A DNA stretch of 61,682 nucleotides, filler included, from Chiloscyllium plagiosum (lineage: Eukaryota): NCBI RefSeq assembly GCF_004010195.1. It is 3 parts of one record of this genome, joined end to end, with 100 filler letters (N's around TTAATTAATTAA, not from the genome) between each part and the next. Parts side by side here need not be neighbours in the genome. Positions count along the whole stretch, not along the records: positions 31,169 to 52,828 come from NC_057716.1; positions 52,929 to 61,682 come from NC_057716.1; 1 more part is not named here. One strand, given 5' to 3'. Position 1 is the stretch's first letter. The number at the start of each line of letters is the position of its first letter. Below the pieces are notes generated by a model. It did no database searches. It had not been told where the DNA came from and saw only the letters and a list, made by a program, of their open reading frames with translations. Positions 52,077 through 61,682 of the stretch are shown here, one piece after another. Both the position numbers and the translations under genes were made by a program.

Positions 52077-52438
52077 AAGGGACTGTTGCTGAACAAAGAG
52101 ACCTTGGAGTGCAGGTTCATAGCTCCTTGAAAGTGGAGTCTCAGGTAGAAAGGATAGTGAAGAAGGTATTTGATGTGCTTTCATTTATTGGTCAGAGTAT
52201 TGGGTACAGGAGTTGGGAGGTCATGTTGCAGCTGTCCAGGACAGTGGTTAAGCCACTTTTAGAATATTGCGTGCAATTCTGGTCTCCTTCCTGTTGGAAG
52301 GATGTTGTGGAAATTGAAAGGGTTCAGAAAAGATTTACAAGGATGTTTCGAGGGTTGGAGGATTTGAGCTATAGGGAGATGTTAAATAGGCTGGAGCTGT
52401 TTTCCCTGGAGTATCAGAGGCTGAGAGGTGACCTTATA
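52077..52438 (+). mobile_element. CR1 LINE fragment abutting the IQCA1 splice donor
   Basis: VQVHSSLKVESQVERIVKK...LEYCVQFWSP; colinear with the CR1 at 548-1377. Confidence 0.9.
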
Positions 52439-52531
52439 GGAGAAAATGAGGTCTGCAGATGCTGGAGATCAGAGCCGAAAATGTGTTGCTGGAACAGCGC
52501 AGCAGGCCAGGCAGCATCCAGGGAACAGGAG

Positions 52532-52567
52532 AATCGACGTTTCGGGCATAAGCCCTTCTTCAGGAAT
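52532..52567 (-). ncRNA. Minimal hammerhead ribozyme motif, one of a tandem pair
   Basis: Reverse complement reads ATTC CTGAAGA A GGGC-TTAT-GCCC GAAA CG TC GATT. Confidence 0.78.
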
Positions 52568-52619
52568 AAGGAAAGTGTGTCCAGCCGCAGCAGGCCAGGC
52601 AGCATCCAGGGAACAGGAG

Positions 52620-52655
52620 AATCGACGTTTCGGGCATAAGCCCTTCTTCAGGAAT
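52620..52655 (-). ncRNA. Minimal hammerhead ribozyme motif, other member of the tandem pair
   Basis: Identical to 52532-52567, offset by 88 bp. Confidence 0.78.
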
Positions 52656-52828
52656 AAGGAAAGTGTGTCCAGCAGGCTAAGATAAATGGTAGGGAGGAGG
52701 GACTTGGGGGAGGGGCGTTGGAAATGCGATAGGTGGAAAGAGGTCAAGGTGAGGGTGATAGGTCAGACTGGGGTGGGGGCGGAGAGGTCAGGAAGAAGAT
52801 TGCAGGTTAGGAAGGCGGTGCTGAGTTC

Positions 52829-52928
52829 NNNNNNNNNNNNNNNNNNNNNNNNNNNNNNNNNNNNNNNNNNNNTTAATTAATTAANNNNNNNNNNNNNNNN
52901 NNNNNNNNNNNNNNNNNNNNNNNNNNNN
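52829..52928. other. Synthetic assembly spacer (44 N + TTAATTAATTAA + 44 N)
   Basis: Same structure as 31069-31168. Confidence 0.97.
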
Positions 52929-53140
52929 CTATTGTACTCTATGCTACTTTCTCCCCACCCCCACCCTCCACTCATTTATCTCTCCACCCTGCGGGCACTC
53001 TGCCTGTATTCCTGATGAAGGGCTTTTGCCCGAAACGTCGATTTTCCTGCACCTCGGATGCTGCCTGAACTGCTGTGCTCTTCCAGCAGATTGTAATCGA
53101 GAATCTGGCTTCCAGCATCTGCAGTCATTGTTTTTACCTT
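52929..53140 (+). mobile_element. PLE terminal repeat
   Basis: Matches the other PLE ends and contains the hammerhead at 53008-53043. Close to the reverse complement of 61511-61682. Confidence 0.85.
53008..53043 (+). ncRNA. Minimal hammerhead ribozyme motif, intact core
   Basis: ATTC CTGATGA A GGGC-TTTT-GCCC GAAA CG TC GATT. Confidence 0.78.
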
Positions 53141-54099
53141 GGGTAATCAAGCCAGTATGGGCATGATGGACTGAATGTCCTCCTTCCTTACCATAATGAT
53201 TCTGTGGTTCTGACTTGCCTGACTCATGCTTCAATGAAGTGTCAAGGGAGTACCACATGTTTGAAACTGCGGGTGTGGAGGTATTAAGCTCAAACCTATC
53301 TGCCCGTTCACATGAATTTTGAAGACCGCACAGCTCTTCAAAAATAACTCAATTATGCAAGTACGAAGGACATTGAAAAGAAAATGGAGCATATAAATAC
53401 GATCTGAGCCCCTTTTCTTTCTCTGGTGCATGTTGCCTGGCATTGCTAGCAGAAATGTAACAGTTTCTCCCTTTAATTGCAGCTATTCCCATGTTTAAGG
53501 ACTAATCTAACAACCGGTCTAACATCTTAACAATTCAAGTGAAACAGTATTCTGTCCACTGCATATATAAATGAGGGCAGAGATTGTTTGTTATGTGAGA
53601 GAGGTTCAGTAAACAAAACAGCTAAATATTTACTAATTTAGAACTTCATTTATTGCTAAAATGCAACGAAAAAGATATAACTGCCTGGGGCTTCTCAATC
53701 TGCTTGCTGTTAATTGCTTCCCAAAGCCACTTTCCTGTAATAGGTCTATTTAGCCTAGCATTGAGCTGGATGAATTCTTTGCTGCCAAGTATTGAAACAT
53801 TGCTCAAGGGGGGGTTGGGGTCAAGGAGTGGGGGTGGTTTCATGTCGAGTTATGATAATCCAAAAATATTTGCTTGGATTTTGACTCTTCCTGACTAGAC
53901 AAGTACTACATCAGATCATGTCCCCAGGATAGTTCAAGTCCAACTGGAGCTATTTTTATTAAACAGGGGAGCTTGTGGTGTGATTTGATGGAGCTGTTTA
54001 AAATTATCAAGGGATGGGAGGGATTGGAAAATAATTGCAAGCATATTTATAATAATTTAAGCATTAGAATGATTAAACAACAGATAAAGATGATGTTAA

Positions 54100-55520
54100 G
54101 AGAAAGTGAGGTCTGCAGATGCCAAAGATCAGAGTTGAGAGTGTGGTGCTGGAAAAGCACAGCAGGTCAGGCAGTATCTGAGGAGCAGGAAAATCGATGT
54201 TTTGGGCATAAGCCCTTCATCAGGAATGAGGTTTATGGGTTGGGGCTGAGAGATAAATGGGAGGGGGTTGGGGTTGGGGGAAGATAGCTGAGAAAGTGAT
54301 AGGTGAATGAAGGTGAGGAAGAAGGTGGTAGGTCAGAGGGGGCAGTGATGGACGGGTCTGGAGGGCAGTGCCGAGTTGGAGGCTTGGGACTGCGATAATG
54401 TAGGGGGAGGGGAAATGAGGAAGCTGGTGAAATCCACATTTATCCCATGTGGTTGTAGGGTCCCAAGGTGGAATATGAGGCGTTCCTCATCCAGGTTTCA
54501 GGTGGTAATGGTTTGATGGTAGAGGAGGCCCAGGACCTGCATGTCCCTGATGAAGTGGGAGGGGAAGTTGAAGTGTTCAGCCACAGGTGGGTGCGAGTGT
54601 CCCAGAGATATTAGCTGAAATGATCCACAAGAAAGTGTCCTGTCTTCTTGATGTAGAGGAGACCACACCGGGTGCAATGGATACAGTAGATGACATTGGG
54701 AGAGTTGCAGGTGAATTTCTGATGGATGTGGAAGGATCCCTTGGGGTCTTGGATGGAGGTGAGGGGGAGGTGTGGGTGCAGGTTTTGCACTTCCTGCGGT
54801 GGCGGGGAGGGTGCCAAGAATGGGGTGTGGGCTGGTGGGGGTGTGTGGATCTGATGAGGGAGTTGCAGAGGGAATGGTCTCTCTGAAACGCTAATAGGGG
54901 TGGGAGGGAAATATACCTCTGGTGGTGGGGTCAGTTTGGAGGTAGCGGAAGTGGCGGAATATGCTGAGTTGTATGCAGAGGTTGGTGGGGTAGAAGGTGA
55001 GGACCGGGGTGAGGGGGGGTGCGGTTCTGTCCTTGTTGAGTTGGGAGGGGTGGCGTTCAAGGGCGGTGGTGCGTGAAGTGGAGGAGATGTGCTAGAGGGC
55101 ATCATCAACCACATGGGAAGAGAAGCTGCGATCTTGGAAGAAGGAGGACATCTGGGACTTTCTGAGGTGATCCTGGGAACAGATGTGGCAGAGACGGAGG
55201 AATTGGGAATAAGGGATGGCATTTTTATAGGGGGTAGGGCAAGAGGTGGTGTAGTCTAGGTAGCTGTGGGAGTTGGTGGACTTGTAGTAGATGTCTGTGG
55301 TTAATTGGTCACCAGAGACGGTGATGGAGAGGTCCAGGAAGGGGGAAGGGTGGAGGAGGTGTCCAAGATGGTCCAGGTGAATTTAAGATCGGGATGGAAG
55401 GTGTTGGTAAAGTTGATGAGCTGTTAAACCTCCTCGTGGGAGCAGGAGACAGCACCGATACAGTCATCGATGTAGCAGAGGAATGGGTGGGGAGTGGTGC
55501 CGGTGTAAGTGCGGAAGACT
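54100..55520 (-). mobile_element. Penelope-like retroelement (PLE), 5'-truncated: RT C-terminus, GIY-YIG endonuclease remnant and terminal repeat with decayed hammerhead
   Basis: Minus frames give FLCYIDDCIGAVSCSHEE (RT YxDD) and KFTCNSPNVIYCIHCTRCGLLYI (GIY-YIG). Decayed hammerhead at 54192-54227. Confidence 0.9.
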
Positions 55521-56357
55521 TCGCCACTTCTGCCATTCCAAACTGACCCCACCACTTGGAGTATATTTCCATCCTTACCCCTATCAGTGTTCTGAAGCGA
55601 CCATTCCCTCTGCGACTCCCTCGTCAGGTCTACACCCCCCCACCAGCCCACACCCCACTCATGGCACCTTTCCCTGCCACCGCAGGAAATGCAAAACTTG
55701 CGCCCACACCACTCCCCTCACCTCCGTCCAAGGCCCCAAGGGATCCTTCCACATCCATAAGAAATTCACCTGCAACTCTCCCAATGTCATCTACTGCATC
55801 CGTCACACCCAGTGTGGCCTTCTCCACATTGGGGAGACAGGACGCCTTCTTGTGGATCATTTCAGAGAACATCGCTGGGACACCCGCTCCCACCAATCCC
55901 ACCGCCCCGTGGCTGAACACTTCAACTCCCCCTCCCATTCTGTCAAGGACATGCAGGTCCTGGGCCTCCTCCACCGCCAAACCGTTACCACCCGATGCCT
56001 GAGGAGGAACGCCTCATATTCCGCCTTGGGACCCTACAACCACACGGGATGAATGTGGATTTCAATAGCTTCCTCATGACCCCTCCCCCCCACATTATCT
56101 AAGTCCCAAGCCTCCAACTCGGCACCGCCCTCCGGACCCGTCCATCACTGCCCCCTCTGAACTATCACCTTCTCCCTCACCTTCATCTACTTATCACTTT
56201 CCCAGCTACCTCCCCCCCAGCCCCACTTCCTTCCCATTTACCTCTCAGCCCTGGCTCACAAGCCTCATTCCTGATGAAGGGTTTATGCCCGAAACATCGA
56301 TTCTCCTGCTCCTGGGATGCTGCCTGACCTGCTGTACTTTTTCAGCACCACACTCTC
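55521..56357 (+). mobile_element. PLE 3' portion (Cys/His linker, GIY-YIG, terminal repeat), inverted relative to 54100-55520
   Basis: ORF 55483-56052 reads GTFPCHRRKCKTC...NVIYCIRHTQCGLLHIGETGRLLVDHFREH...VAEHFN. Hammerhead-like motif at 56267-56302. Confidence 0.9.
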
Positions 56358-56394
56358 GGTAAAGATGGCATTGTGGAGTTTTAGGACCAATATC

Positions 56395-56680
56395 AGCAAA
56401 AGCTGAAATAAACCAAAGAACTGCAGATACAGGAGATCTAAAATGAAAACTGAAATCACTGGAGAAACTCAGTACGTTTGGCAGCATCTGTCAGAAGAAA
56501 GCAGAGTTAACATTGTGAGTCTGGTGATTCTTCACCAATATTGTATGTCAGCTACTTTCTGCCAGCACTGCTAGCAGCTGGTTCTGATGAAGAGTCACCC
56601 GACGCGAAACCTTAACTCTGCTTTCTTCCTGCAGATGCTACCAGACCTGCTGAGTTTCTCCAACAATTTCTGCTTTTGTG
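56395..56680. mobile_element. Second PLE-terminus subfamily in fold-back arrangement
   Basis: Inverted arms around gttctgatgaagagtcacccgacgcgaaaccttaac (56581-56616). Related to 37005-37190 and 50735-50835. Confidence 0.65.
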
Positions 56681-56839
56681 TCAGCAGAAGTTGTTTATGC
56701 AAAAGGGCTGTGAGGCTGTGGGATGCATGACAGGAAGGTGTGATTTTCGTGAAATTGTAGTCACACCCCTGGAGATGCAAATTGTTGCATGAGGCAGTAA
56801 ACTGAGGCCTGCAGTTCCTGCTCAGGTTGACATAAAAGA

Positions 56840-57060
56840 TCATTCCTCCTACCTACCAGGTCGTACCCACCACCTGTGTTCACCTACCGTTACCTCACCA
56901 TTCCGTTCCTCTCCTCTCCTCACCCAAACTACCTCCTTACCACTTTAGCTGCAGCTCCCCCTACCCCCACCCCAAGCCCTGAAGAAGGGTTATACCCAAA
57001 ACGTTGGCTTGTCCATCTCCTGAAGCTGCCTGGCTTGCTGTGTTCTTCCAGCCTCCTGGT
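56840..57060 (+). mobile_element. Third PLE-terminus subfamily with hammerhead-like motif
   Basis: AAGCC CTGAAGA A GGGT-TAT-ACCC AAAA CG TT GGCTT at 56974-57010. Confidence 0.6.
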
Positions 57061-57620
57061 TAGAGTCATGGAGTCATAGAAATGTACAGCACAGAAACAG
57101 ACCCTTCAGTCCAACCCAGATATCCCAACACAATCTAGTCCCACCCTGCCAGCACCTGGCCCATTTCCCTCCCAACCCTTCCTATTCAATATAGCCATCC
57201 AAATGCATTTGAAATGTTGCAATCGTACCAGCCTCCACCACTTCCTCTGGCAGCTCAGTCCATACACGTACCACCCTCTGCATGAAAAAGTTGCCCCTCA
57301 AGTCTCTTTTATATCTTTCCCCTCTCACCCTAAACCTGTGCCCGCTAGTTCTGGACTCACCCACCCCAGGGAAAAGACTTTGTCTATTTATCCTATCCAT
57401 GCCCCTCATCATTTTATAGACCTCTATAAGGTCACCCCTCAGCATCCGATGCTCCAGGGAAAACAGCCCTAGCCTATTCAACCTCTCCCTATAGCTCAAA
57501 TCCTCCAACCCTGGCAACATCCTTGTAAATCTTTTCTGAACCCTTTCAATTTTCACGACATCTTTCCGATAGGAAGGAGACCAGAATTGCATGCCATATT
57601 CCAATAGTGGCCTGACCAAT
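57061..57620 (-). mobile_element. CR1 LINE 3' end with an open C-terminal frame
   Basis: ORF 57182-57619 reads VRPLLEYGMQFWSPSYRKDVVKIERVQKRFTRMLPGL. Confidence 0.93.
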
Positions 57621-58825
57621 CACGTGGCATGCCTTAGAGTAGAGTAGGTCTTCCTGGCATTCTGGCCAATATCGATCCCTCAGCTAAGTTACACATATGT
57701 GGTCATTTACTTCATTGCTGTTAGCAAAATTTTGCTGTGCAGAATTTGATGTCAGTGACAATATTTCAAAATTCCTCTGCTGGCTGTGAAGTATTTTGGA
57801 AGGTATTGATGCAAGATTTTTGGTCACACGAATCTAGTAAAATGTACTCTATCATCCATAATAACACTAGCCCCCTGAGGAAATGACCACAAATACCCCC
57901 TTAGTGCCTAAGGTACTTGTGATATCTTTGCCAACAAAATAAGGTGACATTGTGCCATTGCGAATAAGCCTTGAGTCTGATTCTGCACAAATTAGTTCAA
58001 CTTTCCATATTTCCCCACAGCAGGGGAAGGGAAAGAGGTTTATGCTGCTGATGACAAATCAACTACTCTCTTCTTTAGCTTTTAATTTTCTTTTTCAGAT
58101 TTTGATTGTTTCAAAATAAATGGATTCCCAAAATTTGTTTGGCTAGTTTTCCATTTGGTGACGGCAAAATCATCATCTGTGTTTTCTTTAGCTTAAACTC
58201 TGAGAAATTTGGCCTCTTGAGGGAAATGTACTTTTGAATGTCGGGGCTTTCCATGGCTTTGATGTTTTTGACAGCAGGATATTGCTTGGGAGATCACTAT
58301 GATTGTTTTATCCACTGGGAAGACATGATTTCCACACCAATGTCAGGAAAGTGTTGCCACTGGTGTTGGCGAGACATCAATTCAGCTAATTAAATGAAAG
58401 GAGTCCATTGAATCAAACAGGCCCCGTTAAATTTTCAGCACACTCAAGTGACTTGTGAAGTTGTTGCTTGTGAGTCTTGATCAGAGATGTCTCTAAAGGA
58501 AACTAATAATGGAAATTGCTCATTAGGATCTGCAGTCTCAAACCTCTCGCTTGAAATCTTCCATTATTTATACTGTTTCTATTAGATTCTGGAGTATTAA
58601 TCCATCCCCTATTTCAAACAGCAGAAATATAAGTCAAATTTGGAGGTGCAATAATCTTAAAATTCAACACAGTCCTCACCATCAGCAAAATAGCACATTA
58701 AATCAGAGATCCCTGGGAGATAGAAGTTAACAAATAAGCTCCAACAAAATACATAAAATCTTAGATGATTGTAACTGGCTCCAACAAGTGAATTTGTTTT
58801 AATTTTCTTTCAAATATACATTATT

Positions 58826-58828
<3 letters not shown>

Positions 58829-58857
<29 letters not shown>
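58829..58857. repeat. (TA)n microsatellite
   Basis: Direct observation. Confidence 0.9.
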
Positions 58858-58862
<5 letters not shown>

Positions 58863-59060
58863 TATTCATGTACACCTTGCACTCTTGGTCTATTCCCTAG
58901 ACTTCCAACAAACTAGATACAGTGCATTGCTTGTTCAGCACAGAAAATATTGAATGTCAGCTGCTAGCAAGCTTTAACATGATGCTTGTGTTCTGTATGC
59001 TTTATGAGCACACTGTGTCAATTCTTGTTTCCTTAGGCATTGACATACACACAAACTCTT

Positions 59061-59480
59061 AGGCGAAAGTAAATACTGCAGGTGCTGGAGATTAGAACCA
59101 AGAGTGTGCTGGTGGAAAAGCACAGCCGTGCAGACAGCATCCGAGGAGCAGGAAAATCAAAAGCTCTTCATCAGGAATGAGGCTGAGAGCCTCGGGGGTG
59201 GAGAGGTAAATGGGAGGGGGGTGGAGCTGGGGTGAAGGTAGCTGAGAGTGCAATAGGTGGATGGAGGTGACAAGTCGGAAGGAAGGGTGGAGCGGATAGG
59301 TGGGAAGGAAGGTGGACAGATGCAGCGGGTCATGAGGATGGTGCGGAGCTGGAAGGTTGGAACTGAGGTAAGGTGGGGCGGGGGGCGGGGAAATGAGCAA
59401 ACTGGTGAAGTCCACATTGATGCCATGGGGTTGGAGGGTCCTGAGGCGGAAGATGAGGTGTTCTCCCTCCAGGTGTTGGG
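59061..59480 (-). mobile_element. PLE terminal region, hammerhead partly deleted
   Basis: Begins aggcgaaagtaaatactgcaggtgctggag and is colinear with 54100-54500. Confidence 0.8.
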
Positions 59481-60127
59481 TGGTGAGCGAGGCTGCTCTG
59501 ATTCTACTCGACTGCCATTCTTCCTGGTCTCTAAAATCTCTAATTCATCCTTATCCTGGAGCAAGTCTCTCGTACTTTCATCAGCACTGTAATGTTTCAC
59601 ATTTACACTTCCACATATATACAAGTTATTCAGTACAATTCCCCCAAGTCATACTTCCCCCTCTCGATTCCGTAGCCTCCCATGTTTGCGCTGGCAGCCC
59701 CACTGATGCCAGAGTAGCATCATCAGTAATATCTTTGTCTGCATTTTCCAATACATTATCCCAACTATGACTCAATGGGCAGTCTCTGGCCTCAGAGTGT
59801 GCATGTCAACAATTCGGAGACCTCTTTTCAATTCACCTCCGGGATGTGGACATCGCTAGACAGACCAGCATTTATTGCCCATCCCTAGTTGCACTGAGAG
59901 CCATTAAGAGTAACCACATTGTTGTGGGTCTGGAGACCACATGTAGGTCAGACCAGGTAAGAATGACAGATTTCTCTCCCTCAAAAACATTAGTGAAATG
60001 GATGGATTTTTCCTGACAACCAACAATGGTTTCAAGGTCATCATTAGACCCTTAATTCTAGGTTCGTTTTCAAATTTAAATCCCAAAATCTGCCATGGCA
60101 GCACTTGTGCCTGGGACCCAGAACATT

Positions 60128-60223
60128 CGAGTCAAGAGTGTGGCCCTGGAAAAGCACAGCAGGTCAGGCAGCATCTGAGGAGCAGGAAAATCGACTTTTC
60201 GGGCAAAAGCCCTTCATCAGGAA
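60128..60223 (-). mobile_element. PLE mini-insert with hammerhead-like motif, nested in a SINE
   Basis: Flanked by cagaacatt and cagaaaatt. Core reverse complement is ctgatgaagggcttttgcccgaaaagtc. Confidence 0.75.
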
Positions 60224-60289
60224 CAGAAAATTAGCTGAGTTTCCAGATTAATAGTCTGGTGATAATGCCATCAGGCCATACCTAGAGTG

Positions 60290-60620
60290 ATAATCCAATG
60301 CAGGACTGAGGGAGTGCTGCACTATTTCAGGTGCTGCCTTTCATATCAGACGTTAAAGACACATGCCCTATCAGATAGGTACATAGTGTCCAATGGCACT
60401 ATATGAAGAAGAGCACGGGTACTCTCCCTGGTGTCCTGGCCCAGGACCATCATCACAAAAACAGATTATTTGGTCATTAGCACATTTGATATTTGTGCTG
60501 TTTGCAAATTGGCCACCATGTTCACTACGATGCAACAGTGACCACCATAGATATTTCATGGTTGTTAAAGCACTTTGGGGAGTTCTGTTTGTATGAATTG
60601 TGCTACAGAAATGAAAGCCT
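60290..60620 (+). mobile_element. Deu-domain SINE (SacSINE1/AmnSINE-like); decayed copies at about 2700-3050(-), 28250-28520(-), 32270-32570(-) and 57640-57810(+)
   Basis: actgagggagtgctgcact...atggcactatatgaagaagagca...gtgtcctggcc...aaagcactttggg resembles the Deu domain and tail, from memory. Confidence 0.65.
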
Positions 60621-61510
60621 TACTTTTGCTTTATCAACACGTCCATGAGTCGTTTTTTTCTCCTTTGAGCCACTGTGAGTGGGAGTGAAAGATGAAACAT
60701 GGGGCACAGAGTTCTTGTTGGTGAAGGCAATTCAGATATGACAGCTATTCTTCAGGATTGAGATCGACAGATACATCTGAGAACAGGATATTGAAGTCCA
60801 TAATTAACATACTAATCTTGCATCTTTTCAGAATATTAAACACAGTCCAAAAATACCAATCAGTTAATGAATTGAACCCTATCCACAGAGCTTAAATAGA
60901 TATTACAGTCCCCTGGGAGTCAGCTTCTTTTTTTCAAATCTCATTTGATTTCAAGTAATTTGATACTGGAATTATCCACCTGCAAACCAATATCTTCTAG
61001 TTTTACAAGCACTCAATGGAAAGCAGTGATATAAAGAGTCACATTTGTTCCAAATGACTGTGCTATTCCATTGGCAGGTTCAGAGTCCGTGAAAACTGAC
61101 TGAGGGTTATTAGTATTCTGCCATCAAACTCTCAATGGCAAGGCATTAGCATTGATGGAAACACTTCTACTGGGGTTTATGAAGCAGTTTGTGATTTGCC
61201 GAAGGCTCAGCAAACATGTATCTCATTGCATTCACAATCATCACTGATTAACTGATTAGAACACAGAGGATAAACAACCCTAATATCCTCTTCGCATTGC
61301 AAATTCAACACTGAGACATTTCTTGAAGGGCGATGGTCATTTTAGTGGAGCAGCACTGTCAGGAATCTATTCTGTATTCCCGAAGATTGAGCTTCCAGGT
61401 AATCGACCACAGTTAGTTCATAAATCTTGAAAAGTGCTTCAGAATCATTGATCCCTTTGTGTGAGTCTTCATGCATCAGGGACACAGGAATGCGCTGACC
61501 TGTCATTGAC

Positions 61511-61682
61511 AAAGGTAAAAACAATGACTGCAGATGCTGGAAACCAGATTCTGGATCAGTGGTGCTGGAAGAGCACAGCAATTAAGGCAGCATCCGATGA
61601 GCAGCGAAATCGATGTTTCGGGCAAAAGCCCTTCATCAGGAATAAAGGCAGAGAGCCTGAAGCGTGGAGAGATAAGCTAGAG
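61511..61682 (-). mobile_element. PLE terminal repeat, runs off the window end
   Basis: Hammerhead-like motif at 61608-61643 (stem III ACAT). Same subfamily as 52929-53140. Confidence 0.85.

Larger units (their letters stand above)
52439..52828 (-). mobile_element. Young PLE terminal region with an 88-bp tandem duplication, inserted into a CR1
   Basis: Same terminus as the other PLE ends (gaaantgaggtctgcagatgctgg). Units 52498-52585 and 52586-52673 are identical. Runs into the gap. Confidence 0.85.

Noticed and set aside
55483..56052. Functional or domesticated GIY-YIG nuclease
   Set aside because: The ORF starts across the inversion junction, has a substituted YIG motif (HIG) and is frameshifted at the C-terminus.

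Overview
Repeat-rich eukaryotic genomic DNA from an elasmobranch. HE1/V-SINEs, CR1 LINEs, Deu-domain SINEs and Penelope-like elements point to a shark; this is inferred from repeat content. The window is three contigs joined by two identical synthetic 100-bp spacers (44N-TTAATTAATTAA-44N at 31069-31168 and 52829-52928). Contig 1 holds five consecutive, phase-compatible internal coding exons of UNC80 on the + strand (about exons 4-8 by human numbering, recalled from memory) and ends in a 25-bp minisatellite. Contig 2 holds two consecutive internal exons of IQCA1/DRC11 on the + strand, so the UNC80-IQCA1 adjacency is probably a scaffolding artefact. Contig 3 is mostly Penelope-like and CR1 sequence with no identifiable exon. 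The most interesting signal is a dispersed set of minimal type-I hammerhead ribozyme motifs (CUGANGA-A-stemII-GAAA-CG-UH) at the ends of Penelope-like elements and their short derivatives. These show compensatory stem changes between subfamilies, one perfect tandem pair suited to dimeric folding, an empty-site/filled-site pair, and repeated CpG-type decay of core bases. Repeat boundaries are approximate by-eye calls. Most ORFs in the supplied track are repeat fragments or noise.
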